From Ptychodera flava (lineage: Eukaryota): a DNA stretch of 64,000 bases. Numbering within the stretch: the first letter of the stretch is position 1; the number at the start of each line of letters is the position of its first letter. This document shows positions 13,001-24,216 of the stretch, piece after piece. The stretch spans positions 23,771,744 to 23,835,743 of the forward strand of contig NC_091939.1 in assembly GCF_041260155.1 (NCBI RefSeq), given 5' to 3'. The position numbers were made by a program, and so were the translations under genes. The notes under the pieces are model-generated. The model was not told the DNA's origin and ran no database searches. It was given only the letters and a program-made list of their open reading frames with translations.

Positions 13001-16000
13001 CGGTCTAGCAACCAGCGCATCGCGTGCGAGCCAACCATTCGGACGTGTAAATAATAACAAGCGATAATGCCGGCAGATAAGCCATGCCCTCAGCCCTCGC
13101 CTGATTTCTACACGCTCGGCCAGCGTAACACGAGCTCCCCCTCGGAAGACGTGGACGGGCAAGAAAAATAACGGATTGTGGAAACATTTATGAAATCTCC
13201 GAGCCTCGTGGGATGAAATCGCCAATAACTAGCGAAACAAGGCGGGGGAAGTAGCCCGGTGATGAGAGCCCTCCGTTTGATTAATCGGTCTCGGGGGCAT
13301 GAAAGCATTCGTTAGGTTCATTAAATTGTGTATTTGAAGAACTTTAATTTCACAGGGAAACATGTAGGTCTGGGAATTTCTCCCGTCGCGGATCCGGCCA
13401 AAACAAGAGAGCCATTTGACAAACTTTGGTGTAGGCCTGATTGATTATGTTTCGATGATGTGTGCGTGAGTTGGGGAGTTATTATTCGACGCGTAGGCTT
13501 CCTAGAGCGGATGAGCACTTTGGTTTATTTTCACCAATTGCCGAAGACAAACCCCACAAGTCTTCCGAGATGTATGACGTCGCGGACCGTCCTCATGCGG
13601 GATGTGCTAACTCGAACTATAGAGGGCGACCGTGAATTTCACTCTCGCTCATCGAGAGGTGGAGTGTATATGCTCTGAATGGAAAATGAGCGCCTGCAAT
13701 ATGAAAACCAAACAGGGAAATCTCTGAGCAGTGTAGTGGGCTTGCATATGAAAATGATCTGAGAAAATTATGTGCTTTTTACAACACCATAACATCTATT
13801 TTAACCAAACTTGATGTCCGTAACCGTATTTACAAGGCGATAGCAATGATTATGTAGCTTTTTTTGCGAAACTTTGCATAGAACGTTCACATATAAGAGT
13901 AAGAATTCAGTTACACTTGCGTTTGATGCAGTCTTGTCCCAGATCCTTCGGCATTTTTATTCTCAAGCTTTACAAAACTGATATATCGACTGTTTTTATT
14001 TGATTTTCCCTCGAAGGAGCAAAGAGCTCGAGTTTGGATGTCCGACTTCAGTGGCCTATCTCGTCGATAATCAAAGTCCATTGGTCTGTTTTTACACGAG
14101 TGGGAGTCATAGACCGTGTGGCGGAGCTTTTCTATTCCTCACTTGGGCAATATCTTGTAAAAGCATAGTCTTCTTTATGCAGATTGAAATAAACAACAAG
14201 TATTTGATGAAGACTTAACATGATAGGTTAACCAGTCATTGTTTATTTCCATGGAAACCACAACAACTTGTTAACTGTGTCAGCAGACACAAGTATTAAA
14301 GCAGTGTTGGTACTCGTCTTTGAACAATTAAACCATAGAGAATGTTATCGAGAAGACTTCCGGGCAAAATATGTAAAACGTGATGATTTTCAAAACCCCG
14401 CAAGAATGTGTATAACATAATAAAAACTGTTGGCAACTTTCATGCAAATAACAATCCTGAAGACGAGGAATAGCTGAGTTGTCATATTCAATAAATTATA
14501 CCGTGGTGTTCCGACCATTCCAGGAATTTGCCAACTCGCAACAGAAATCACCCGTCATTTTTTCTCCAGACCACACTCCAGGATTATTAAAAATAGACCC
14601 GATCTGCTGCCGTGGGCAATTGTTGATGAAATCCATAACGACTTGTCGAGTGACGTTTGGTATACAGGCGACACGGACACCTATAGGGGGTTTGGAAGAC
14701 GTGTTCCCTCGATGCTCTGAGCGATTGTTAAATATGCGCATCTTGAGTTCCGGTCTTGGGTATAGGTGGCTGTTCTCCTTGTGTGGTAAAATCAAACGCA
14801 AATGTATGGAATCCTAGCAACTATGTCAAACGTTACATTTCCATTAATCATGATCAATTGATGAATAATATAAATTAGAGTCAAATATTAACAATAATTA
14901 CATGAATAATACAAATACGATGTTATTTTCTTTCTATCTCTAGTATATTATAAGCTTGCAATGAGCGATAATTGTTCGAAGAAATGAGCTTTCTTGATTT
15001 TATGTTTGGGCTAATCAGCATTGTATTTTTCTATACAAACCCCTAAAATGTTGGGGAAGTTTTGAGCTTAAGTAGAACAGCGTGTCGCAAACATTTGTTC
15101 AGAGCAAGGTACCGAGTACAAACACCACTGTATCTTCAAACTTAGAAACCAAATACTTGTTTACACACATGCAAGTCTGTACATCAAGACTGTACGTTTT
15201 CCCAGCGGTGCAATATATGTCTCAGTGATTTTGTGCAAAGAAGAACAAACCAATACCAGTGCGGTGTTTGAGATCCTGGGAACAGAGTATTAGAATTAGG
15301 GGGGCAACAAATTGAAGCCATCAAGTATATTTCAGTTGAACGTTCAGGATGATACAGACAAAATATTCACGTCACCTAGGATGCTAATGTTGTGAAATCG
15401 GTGTCCTTGTGATTTCATCCGCAGACGACAAAATGTGTAAATATTCATTGGCTTTTAACACCAACAATACAACCAGTTTTAAAGAACTTGATCCCTCCTG
15501 CCCGTTCGCGTAAGCTCTGCAAATATGATGAGAGCGGTGCTCTTCCGCTGTGCTTACATAACAAACCGTGGTGATTGGTGAAGATTAGCGTTCTCAGCGA
15601 ACAGCTAATTGCAAACTCGGCTAAGTGACGATAAACGCTAAACAACACGGGGGAACAGTAGCTGCTCGCTGACATATTGATGATAAACACGATAAACAGG
15701 GCTGGATACTTGTGTTTCACACCGGTGGTTTTGTCCGGGGTTTGGGAAGAGGCTGGGGGCTTAAGATTGACTGGTTGGCTCGGTGACTGACAGGTCTGTC
15801 CTTCGAGGGGTAAGGGGATGTAGTGAAAGGAGGGAATTAAGAATCTCTCCTGTAAATACATATTACAGTCGAAAACTCCCTCAGTAAAAGCTGCCAAGAG
15901 TCATAACTTTTATAGATTTACTCACTCGGAAGGGACTCAGAATAGCCACGTCGCGGCGGCTAAGTATGGAAAAATCCGTTCTCACACTGCAGATACGTAC

Positions 16001-18584
16001 GCAGACTCGAAAAAGTTTGGAGGAACAATATCAGAAACAGTCGGTCCCTTTAACCTTGACTGGCAGTATAAGTTACACACATGTAAAGGTGATTAACAAA
16101 GGATAATGTATTTTGATACACTGTCTATTCAATTACACTGGACTGTAGGAATAACTCACCGGAAAGTCAAAACAGACAAAACTTCCACTTTAGAACTATT
16201 CGGCTTCTTTGCATATAAATTCGTGAGACCTTGAAAAAGCGAAATCCAAGAAGGAAAATCTCCATTTTCCACTCAAAGTTGTGTTTTGTCAGAGCTAACA
16301 AAACATGGGTGGATACAATTTTTTTGAAAGTTAACGCAAACCAAAAATAAACAATACTCAATGTCAAAGTGGAAAACAAATTTACACTACCAAAAAAAGT
16401 CTGTCGCTTGAGTGCGAATGTGGATCGAAAATAAAAACAAAAGCAAAGAATGCTATTTGGTTTGGTGGCGCTATTATCATTCATCCAAGTCCTGGCTTTC
16501 TTCGAGAGTTGTCTGCAGTTCAGGTGACGGCATCCGGCGGCTATAATCTTCAGTGATCTCGTCCCTTGCATGCACAACCAGTGTTTCGATTGTTCTTCAC
16601 CTCTTGTACGCTTGCGTGGCACCGTTACCATTCGGTGGAGTCTGCAAACAATAGACCTCCCCCAAAATCAACTTTCTACTTTTGTTTGAGAGAAAGTGAG
16701 AATGATTAGTTTCAACATTTTGTTAAAAACAAGGTGGTGTGTCATGAATCATGGGACAATTTAGTGAAAGGGAAAGTAGCTCTAACGTTTGATACTGTTC
16801 ATAGCATTTTGTTGTATACAACACAACAGTTTCTTTTCCTAAGTAGGCTAAGATACTAGTAGCAACACAATTCACAGTGTACCGTACGCAAAGGTATTGT
16901 TGAGAAATGAATTCAGTCACGCCAATGCATCGTTCTGATTGGACTAGACCTCATGCTGGCTGTGGTAAAAGTCAGTTCATGAAGCACCAGTGCTAAAACA
17001 CCCCCTCAACTAGCATAGAAACTTAAAGCGTAGACAGACAGCATTCCTAAAAGCAAGAAAAGATTTTCGTTCGACGCTGGTGGCCGCATTAGATTCTGCT
17101 TTCTCCATTTTTTCGTGCTAAAACCACAGAGGAGACAGCTTTTAACACGAGAAACACAATGCTGATCAGTTTAGCGATAACCTTCTTCGTTCGCAGATAC
17201 ACTCGATCTGTGCATGTACTATTCGCTCCATATAGCATTCGCTTCTGCTATATGTCGCGCATTAGGTACACAAACTCGTATATGTGAGCCTGCTGGGCGG
17301 GAGTCATTTCTTCATTAATGGAATCCTTTTTTTCTTTTCGTTTCTCTATTGGATATTGCGCACACGTTAAATTTTGAAGGGTCATCGCGAACAAGACTTT
17401 CCTCTATCTAGAACCTTCACTTTCCTGGGAAGGCTTATTGTTGCCCAAAGGTGGCGTATGGGACCCATATGACCAATGCAAACATGTATCCCACGTACGA
17501 TTGTGATGAATGAAAGTTAAACATGTCTGTCATAATCTACATCATATTATTTAAATGTTGCAGCTATGATGATGAGGTGTATCTAGATATCGTGCACGAA
17601 ATGCATTGTTTGTAAACAAGAAACTCGCACACGCGCAGTTTCGACGACTGTTTCCCGTGCTCCGTTTCCGAATCAACATTTGCAACTCATTCTGTGGAAA
17701 TCTATAATAGCAAATACACCACGCCGAACAATGTAGAAGTTTGTTCACTCAAAAAACTGATTTTTTACAAGAGTTGTACGCTGCGTACGAAGTGACCCAT
17801 CTGAAACCCAGTGTGTAAAATGAAAGTTGATACAACGTGTTCCTTTCTGTAGCCCTGACGTACGCGTCCGGCTCTTGTCGACGGGGTGGTCGACGTCCTA
17901 AAAATGGTGCCTCTTCACTCTCCTTCCAGCATTGATGGTATTATGCACTGAAAATGTGGAAGGAGGGTGCGGTGGGATTGAATTAGTAGTTGACTATAAA
18001 CTCATCTGGAAAACCCACCAAAGCAAAGCTCATCACGTTGACAATTCTCCAGTTTTTGCAGATTTTGTGACTACCTTCCCCTTCTCTCACCAGGTGTTGA
18101 GCAAATTCTCGGTTGACGCAAGAGATTTGTGTTTGTACACAATAAGTGATATGAAACGAGTTCAAGAGTCCTACAGAGAAGACCTACAGCGAACCATATA
18201 TATTAACTTAGACCACACTTCTTGTGCATCAATTTTGCGTTTAGGAATGAATACTTTGATTGTACAAGAGAAATTCGCAGGCGCCCGACTTCCGAGAGAG
18301 AAAATATACCAGATGATCTTATTAGTGGGAAAAAATACGGCGTTTTCATGTCACTCATTATTCATTCATAGACTTGTAAGTCTTCCGATTTGGCTGAAGC
18401 CCGTTAAGGGAATCAACAGCGAAACCCAAATTACGTGAGCGGGTGTTTATTGCAGAAATATATAAATTGTACAAAAATACAGTTCAGATCATGCTTCGGT
18501 GCAATGGACAGAACACACCTCCTTCAGTAGCAAGGAGCTTGATGCATGGTCGATGTCTGGATACGGCAGCAATATCGTGTCTCG

Positions 18585-18950
18585 AGCGAAAAACTTCTTT
18601 CTTGAAGTTGGAATATACCTCGGGGACATATTTTTGGACTCTTTCTTTACTGATCTATCACTTGTGGGGATTCATTTTGAAGCCCTTTGAGTAAGAAAAA
18701 CTTTCACCGTCTTAGTTTTTGAAGACCGAAAATTTTATTTTTCTCCAAAGAGTTAACACATATGGCGGCCATTTGAACTTCAAATATCAGTAAATCGATA
18801 TCTTAGGTAATTTGTTTCTCTTGTGCCAAAATTTGCATGGTTACAACCGATTTTTCTTCTGGATTTTGAAAGTGAATGGTTGAAAGATACCTTGAAGAAA
18901 ATATGAGAGAAAGTTTAAGTCTTTTACTTTCGAGGATCATACTACCTTAA
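18585..18950 (+). repeat. Repeat family A copy
   Basis: About 80 percent identical to 8871-9230. It ends ...ctttcgaggatcatactaccTTAA. Confidence 0.6.
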
Positions 18951-19929
18951 CCCGGTAGATGACCCTATATGACGTACCTTTCATTCGGCCACTTTTGGTG
19001 ATATGACTCGTTGACTTCTGACTGAAGTTGGTTTTGAATGTACATAGAGACGGTAATGCCCCGCCAATGGCATTTGTCATTTCAACATAAACGTAAATGA
19101 ACAAAAATGACAAAAATATCGAAAGAAACATAAAAGTTTACTCGAGCTCCCTCCAGCAAGGGTGTTTGGTGTTCATGAATATTTTTACCATCTTCTACAG
19201 GGGTATTTATTTTTTAGTGGGCAGGGTTCCACCAATTTGGACGCTCCCTTGAAACTACTCCGAGGTGTAAAACATTCTATTCCAAGCTACAAGCTATTCA
19301 ATTCACTAAAATTGAGCCAGAAAAAAGGAGAGAGTAAAAGACACGAAAGTAGTCCGTGATTATTATGACGCTGACAGATATTGGTCCACGTGATGGTGCA
19401 TACAACCACAGATTCTATGACGTCGACTTCTGCCTTCTTAATTCACAGGAGTTGCATATAACGTGTCCGCCAAGCTACGAGTCCTAACTTTAAAACGGAA
19501 AAAAATCGCATACATTAAAAGCGCTGATCACGGTTGTTGGTTTGTTATTTTGGCATTCTTTTGGGTTTAGTCTGGTCCCCTGGCCCATTTCTACCATCGT
19601 CCGCTCTTACGGGTCTGTTACTTCCTACTAACTACCTTCGAGAAACAACCAGCTTCCCGGACAAGATACCTTGACAAGCGAAGATGCATTTCTACAGCTG
19701 GCTGCAGCTGCGCTGCCTATTTCGTCAGCAGCGCAGCCAGCGGTAGGAATGGAGTACTGAGGGGACCAGACTACATTTTGGGTTTGTCAGATAGTATCAC
19801 CCGCGCGTCAATGGCCGCTGCAGACAGAAATTTAGGCCAGTTCGTCGTTTGTCACTTACTCTTTTATTACTGCAGCTTGTGGTCGGATACTTACATCTGA
19901 TTTTTGGAGATTCGATCACAAGGCTGCGT

Positions 19930-20075
19930 TCACAAATAACGGGGGGGGGGGGGGGGCTGGAGGAATTGCGATTAAAATCTTATTTTATTTTTCAGACCCC
20001 CTCCATAACCTCAACAAACAATTTCAAGTCCCCGTCGGTATGATCAAAAATTTTCAAGTCCCCCCTCGTTATCCT
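19930..20075 (+). repeat. Diverged direct repeat, copy 1 (aaaattttcaagtcccc motif units). Its partner is at 21190-21340
   Basis: gattaaaatcttatttt...aacaatttcaagtccccgtc...gatcaaaaattttcaagtcccccctcg corresponds to ggcattaaaatgttatt...ccaaaaaattttcaggtcccct...gatcaaaactttcaagtgccccctctg. Confidence 0.4.
19941..19956. repeat. G16 homopolymer
   Basis: The homopolymer is directly visible in the sequence. It sits at the edge of a diverged direct repeat (see findings). Confidence 0.9.
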
Positions 20076-21189
20076 ATAGCCACATATTTATTTGGGATGC
20101 ACACAAAGAAAAAATAAACATGTATTGGGCAATTGTGCTCGCAGATGTTCAACACTACTACCTGTGTATGTAGAGCTATATTCCTAAGGCAAGTTGTTCA
20201 ATTGATTCATTTTAAACGCATCAGTGGACTTTTTCATTTATAAATCAAAGCCAACTTGAATTTATCCAACTCTGGCCAGATCAATGGCATCTGATGAAGA
20301 GCACACAAAAAATGACGATCATAAAAGAATACTAGTATGCCAATATTCCATCAAATGAACGTTTTAATTTCTGGAATGTTTGGTGTTATAATAGTAATTA
20401 TGGTAAAATTGAAATAATTCCATTTCGTCTAACAATTTTTTATTTAAATCAGAGTCTTTACTGTAATAGTTTTACTTTTGAGTAATTTTAAGATCAGAAT
20501 GTGAAAATTTAGGAAATCAAGCTTGGTGGCCCACATCTTTTTAATATTTGATTATTCTCATATGTCAGCCTTCAAAAATCCCTGGTAACTTTCCCGTCTC
20601 CTGGTCTTCCATGTGTTGCTTTCTGGCCTGATCTTGTGTACAAGTATATGTTTCACGGTCATGAGCGTCACATGACCCAAACTCTTCTACTTCATAGTCA
20701 GAGTTATCTATGTCACTGCCGTTATGCTGTGACAGTGACACTGCTCGTAGGCACTAGCAGGGCATAGCTGTATTAACTTTGATAATTTGACAATAATTTT
20801 GTTCAGTTTATACAACTGCATTCTTGTTATACTCCCTACAGCGTGTTGAACTGGCCAGTATTCAGCTTGCCAACACGGCCAGTGAATATGTACCCCGCAT
20901 TTGTATCATTGACAAATGACTTTCATTCTGGACTCTAATCACCCAATATTTATTTATATATGCAGGCTTTTGTTGACAAACTGTATTCAACATGCGACAA
21001 ACTGTTTCAGCTTGCTGTAGGGAGACAGCAAGAAACTGTATTTGATATCCCCCCTATTGCATAGAAATATTGATAAATTATCAACAGTTGCAGCTTCTGC
21101 CTCGATACTAGGTCTACTTGTTTGGCTTTTTTCGAAAATTAATCATCATACACTCTCGTTTAATAATTACTAACATTAGAACAATTGGG

Positions 21190-21340
21190 TGGCATTAAAA
21201 TGTTATTAAATTTCATTGAATTACCTAACAAACCTTGGAATCGTAAACAAGGGGAACCAAAAAATTTTCAGGTCCCCTATAGGCAGATCAAAACTTTCAA
21301 GTGCCCCCTCTGCTACTCCCAAAATTTTCGAATCCCAACG
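21190..21340 (+). repeat. Diverged direct repeat, copy 2
   Basis: See copy 1. The two copies bracket an AT-rich segment of about 1.1 kb with no ORF. Confidence 0.4.
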
Positions 21341-21977
21341 TGTACGAACATGTACGCTCTGAAAAACCATGATTGGACCTATCCACAGCCGAGGCCTGGG
21401 TTGAGCCACAGTCGTATCCACAGGACTGTGCTTGAGCCATTGAGGTAGAAGTGTCACAGGTGCATGCCGTTAGGTTCGGCCTTCGGCCCCACGCTACGGG
21501 CTTCGATCCCGGGCCTTCGATTGACTATCCAAACAACGCTGCAAGCACCCGTGGAAGTATCTTGCACCAAGCGAGCGAGTCATACTGTTTAATACATACA
21601 TGTTGGTTAGCCCTGCGTACAGGTCTGTGTGTTCCCGGCTATATGGGCCTCCCACTGCACAGGCCTATACTACAGAGCACAGTCCCTCTATCCACTGTGT
21701 ACAGAGCTAGTTTCCAACCTCCGTGCTAAAAGTGCAAAACCTTGCTTAGACGTGGCCAGATGAAACGTCATCGATAATAAAAGAATTTCAGTCATTACAT
21801 TTTGGTTGAGTCATTCTCTCTTCATATCCTTGACGTCATGCTATTGAACGTGTACTTGAGGAGTCTATGCTGCATGCAAAAGAAAGAATGAGTACTCTGT
21901 GTTTACATGTGACATCATCAAGTATTGCATGTTGCCAATGCATTGTGGGGCATTTTTAAATGACGTTTCGCATTCTG

Positions 21978-21997
21978 ATTGGTTACGTGTATAAAAG
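21978..21997 (+). promoter_or_regulatory. MVP: Putative MVP core promoter: inverted CCAAT box (ATTGG, 21978-21982) followed by TATA box TATAAAAG (21990-21997)
   Basis: The sequence ctgATTGGttacgtgTATAAAAGctg lies about 30-40 bp upstream of a short exon-like segment. That segment ends in a strong donor (CACAG|GTAAGA at 22088/22089). The next acceptor, ttccacag|, precedes the MVP ATG exon at 24026. Confidence 0.5.
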
Positions 21998-22024
21998 CTG
22001 ACAGGCAATCTTTTGCTTACCTTG

Positions 22025-22088
22025 CAAGTTCACTGTGTGTGCATTGCATAGCAGAGGACCGGCGGCAGCCTTCGACATCGGCCCACAG
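22025..22088 (+). other. MVP: Putative non-coding first exon (5'UTR) of MVP; the TSS is approximate and the donor GT is at 22089
   Basis: The TATA box sits about 30 bp upstream and the consensus donor gtaaga is at 22089-22094. The exon carrying the ATG (24062) begins right after acceptor AG 24025-24026, with an in-frame TAA at 24029-24031 between acceptor and ATG. So the coding exon is not the first exon. Confidence 0.4.
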
Positions 22089-24061
22089 GTAAGACATCCC
22101 CAAATATCTAGTTTTCTGCTGACACTGCTCTCAGTTGGAGCTATGTCAGTGAATTCAACAGTAACCAGTAGCAGCTGATTGTACCCAGTTTACGATTTCC
22201 TGGTAGCCCCCGCGTCAATCTTGTTCTGCTGCTGCCCAGCTCTATATTGCTACCTCCCCGTGCTAGTGATGTTGAACCGGTGAGGTTTTGGAGGTACATA
22301 CGACGCCCTTTGCACTCGGTACCCCTTGCCCTTGCCATGTCGCCCCGTCACCAGCTGTCTGTGTGTCTGGATTACATGTTCCGAATTTCGAAACAGTGTT
22401 TCCGAAAGCGAAAATTATGAATTGCTCACACAGCAGCGTTCCGTTCTAGTCAAATATGGCAGCACCAACGTGACCAAGGCAGCTGTCAGCTCCACTGCAT
22501 TGCATTGCAGTGTCATGTGATGAACAAGGAAGTGGGAAATACGCGGCCGTAATCCATTCGACGATCCTTCTCTGCGCTCTTTAGCCTTGCCTTACACATT
22601 CGACCATTTTGCATTTTTGTCGACCCGCTGTAGAGGTAGCAGAGGCCTCTCGAGGAAAAATGTGACCAACAATAAAAGACTTTAGCCGGGTTTTTTTTTG
22701 GGGGGGGGGGCGTGGCGACTGCTTAGCATGTGTGTAAAACACCTGTTGCTACGGCACCCGGCGTCGTGAATAGAGAGACAAAATGATGAAACGAATGTGA
22801 AATCGCCAGGACTGCAAATGCTCTGAAAGTAGTCAAACCCTTTATGCTGACGCTGCTTGAAGCAATTTTGCTTTGCAAGCATAGCTTGTGATTGCGCAAC
22901 ATTTCAGAGGATGAATTACGGTGCCGTGACTCATCCAACCACTTTCTTATAAATATCATGCGGTCCCGGAGCAACTGACACTTGTAGGCTAGGCGCTGAA
23001 GTGCACCATTCATGAACGTACACTGCCTTTGTTACAAACATGGATGTTTAGCAGCCTAGTAGTAGAGCTGTAGGACTCTGCAGACCTGTATTGATTAACC
23101 AGAGGTTGTCAACAGTATTTTCTCCACTGCCAGGACATTGTGCAATTACAAAGTACTGATCTTTATAAGTAAGTGCTATTTTTCCTGGCTGTGCCGAACG
23201 GATCGCCTATTTCACTGTGATTTCATCATTAAGATAAGCTATCGGAAAGAATGGAGGTTTTGACAGGATTTTTTTACATTTTGTGTGGAAGCATTCTCAA
23301 TGCATTGGCAATCTATTTCCATATCTCTCTCCAGTGCTATACTTCTATGGAATATATGTACCAAAATGGAAAAAAGTTAAGAATCAGCCATTGATATTTG
23401 AGTGTTTTGACTTGATATTAGCTTGCAACATTTCGGCTTCAGTTGCCGTGCAATCTTTAGTGTCTGTAGACTCAACTTCCCATTTTCATTGAATCAGGGC
23501 CATGTTGATCACCAGGAAATATGACCTGTCATTTCTGCATCCTGACTCAGTAATCGTCACCGATGTGTGCACCCACTTCCACCTTTCTCAGTGGATGAGG
23601 CCCCCCAGGCTGCATTCGGAGTACATATGATAGAGCAGGAATAGAGGCTGACAGGATCAAATCTGATGAAGATTCTTCAAGTTTTGACTTGTAGGCTCAA
23701 TGCAGTAAAATGAGGGAAAAGAGAGTACTATCAGCTGATATCACTGCAACCTATCTGATAGCATACACAGCCACAACCACATATGCTATATACTGCAGTA
23801 CATTGTACACGTCACACTACGGTGAATTATTGCCCCATTCTTTCGTTTAACCCTTTCACTGCAATGGTTTGTCCTAAACCCATTGTTATCCATAGTAGTT
23901 ATGGACCTGGGTACAGGGAATAGGGATGAACAGGTTAAAAATGGTACTCTCAATGACAATCTGATCATTTTTCAATGGACAAGTCATCAGTAATTATTTT
24001 AATGATTCATTTTGTTTCTTCCACAGATTAAGTGCTTGAATTACCCTTCAATCAGACAGCC

Positions 24062-24216
24062 ATGGATCGTGATCGTTCGAGGGCACGTGCTGGTGGAAGC
24101 GATGAGAGCATCTATCGCATTCCACCATTCTACTACATCCATGTCTTGGACCAAAACACCAATGTAACAAGGGTTGTGATTGGTCCAAAGACCTACATCC
24201 GACAGGATAATGAAAG
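24062..24216 (+). CDS. MVP: Major vault protein, coding exon 1 (MDRDRS...[35 protein letters not shown], ends phase 2)
   Basis: The translation matches the vertebrate MVP N-terminus motif [35 protein letters not shown]. The ATG has an upstream in-frame stop, and the donor GTGAGA is at 24217. Confidence 0.9.

Noticed and set aside
14479-14817. Overlapping 112-aa (+) and 101-aa (-) ORFs
   Set aside because: They are mutually exclusive overlapping frames with no recognisable domain. They could be a decayed transposase fragment, but I cannot support either.
15445-16631. 150-aa and 154-aa minus-strand ORFs
   Set aside because: They are low-complexity with no recognisable family and no clear splice context.
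17932-18438. 168-aa ORF on the + strand
   Set aside because: Its composition is moderately protein-like, but I recognise no homology. It ends where a family A repeat begins. I have not called it, and it would need BLAST or expression data.
24032-24061. Track start of the MVP exon-1 ORF at 24032 ([10 protein letters not shown]...)
   Set aside because: The M at 24032 is a GTG. The exon begins at acceptor AG 24025-24026, and an in-frame TAA lies at 24029-24031. The first ATG at 24062 is therefore the start.
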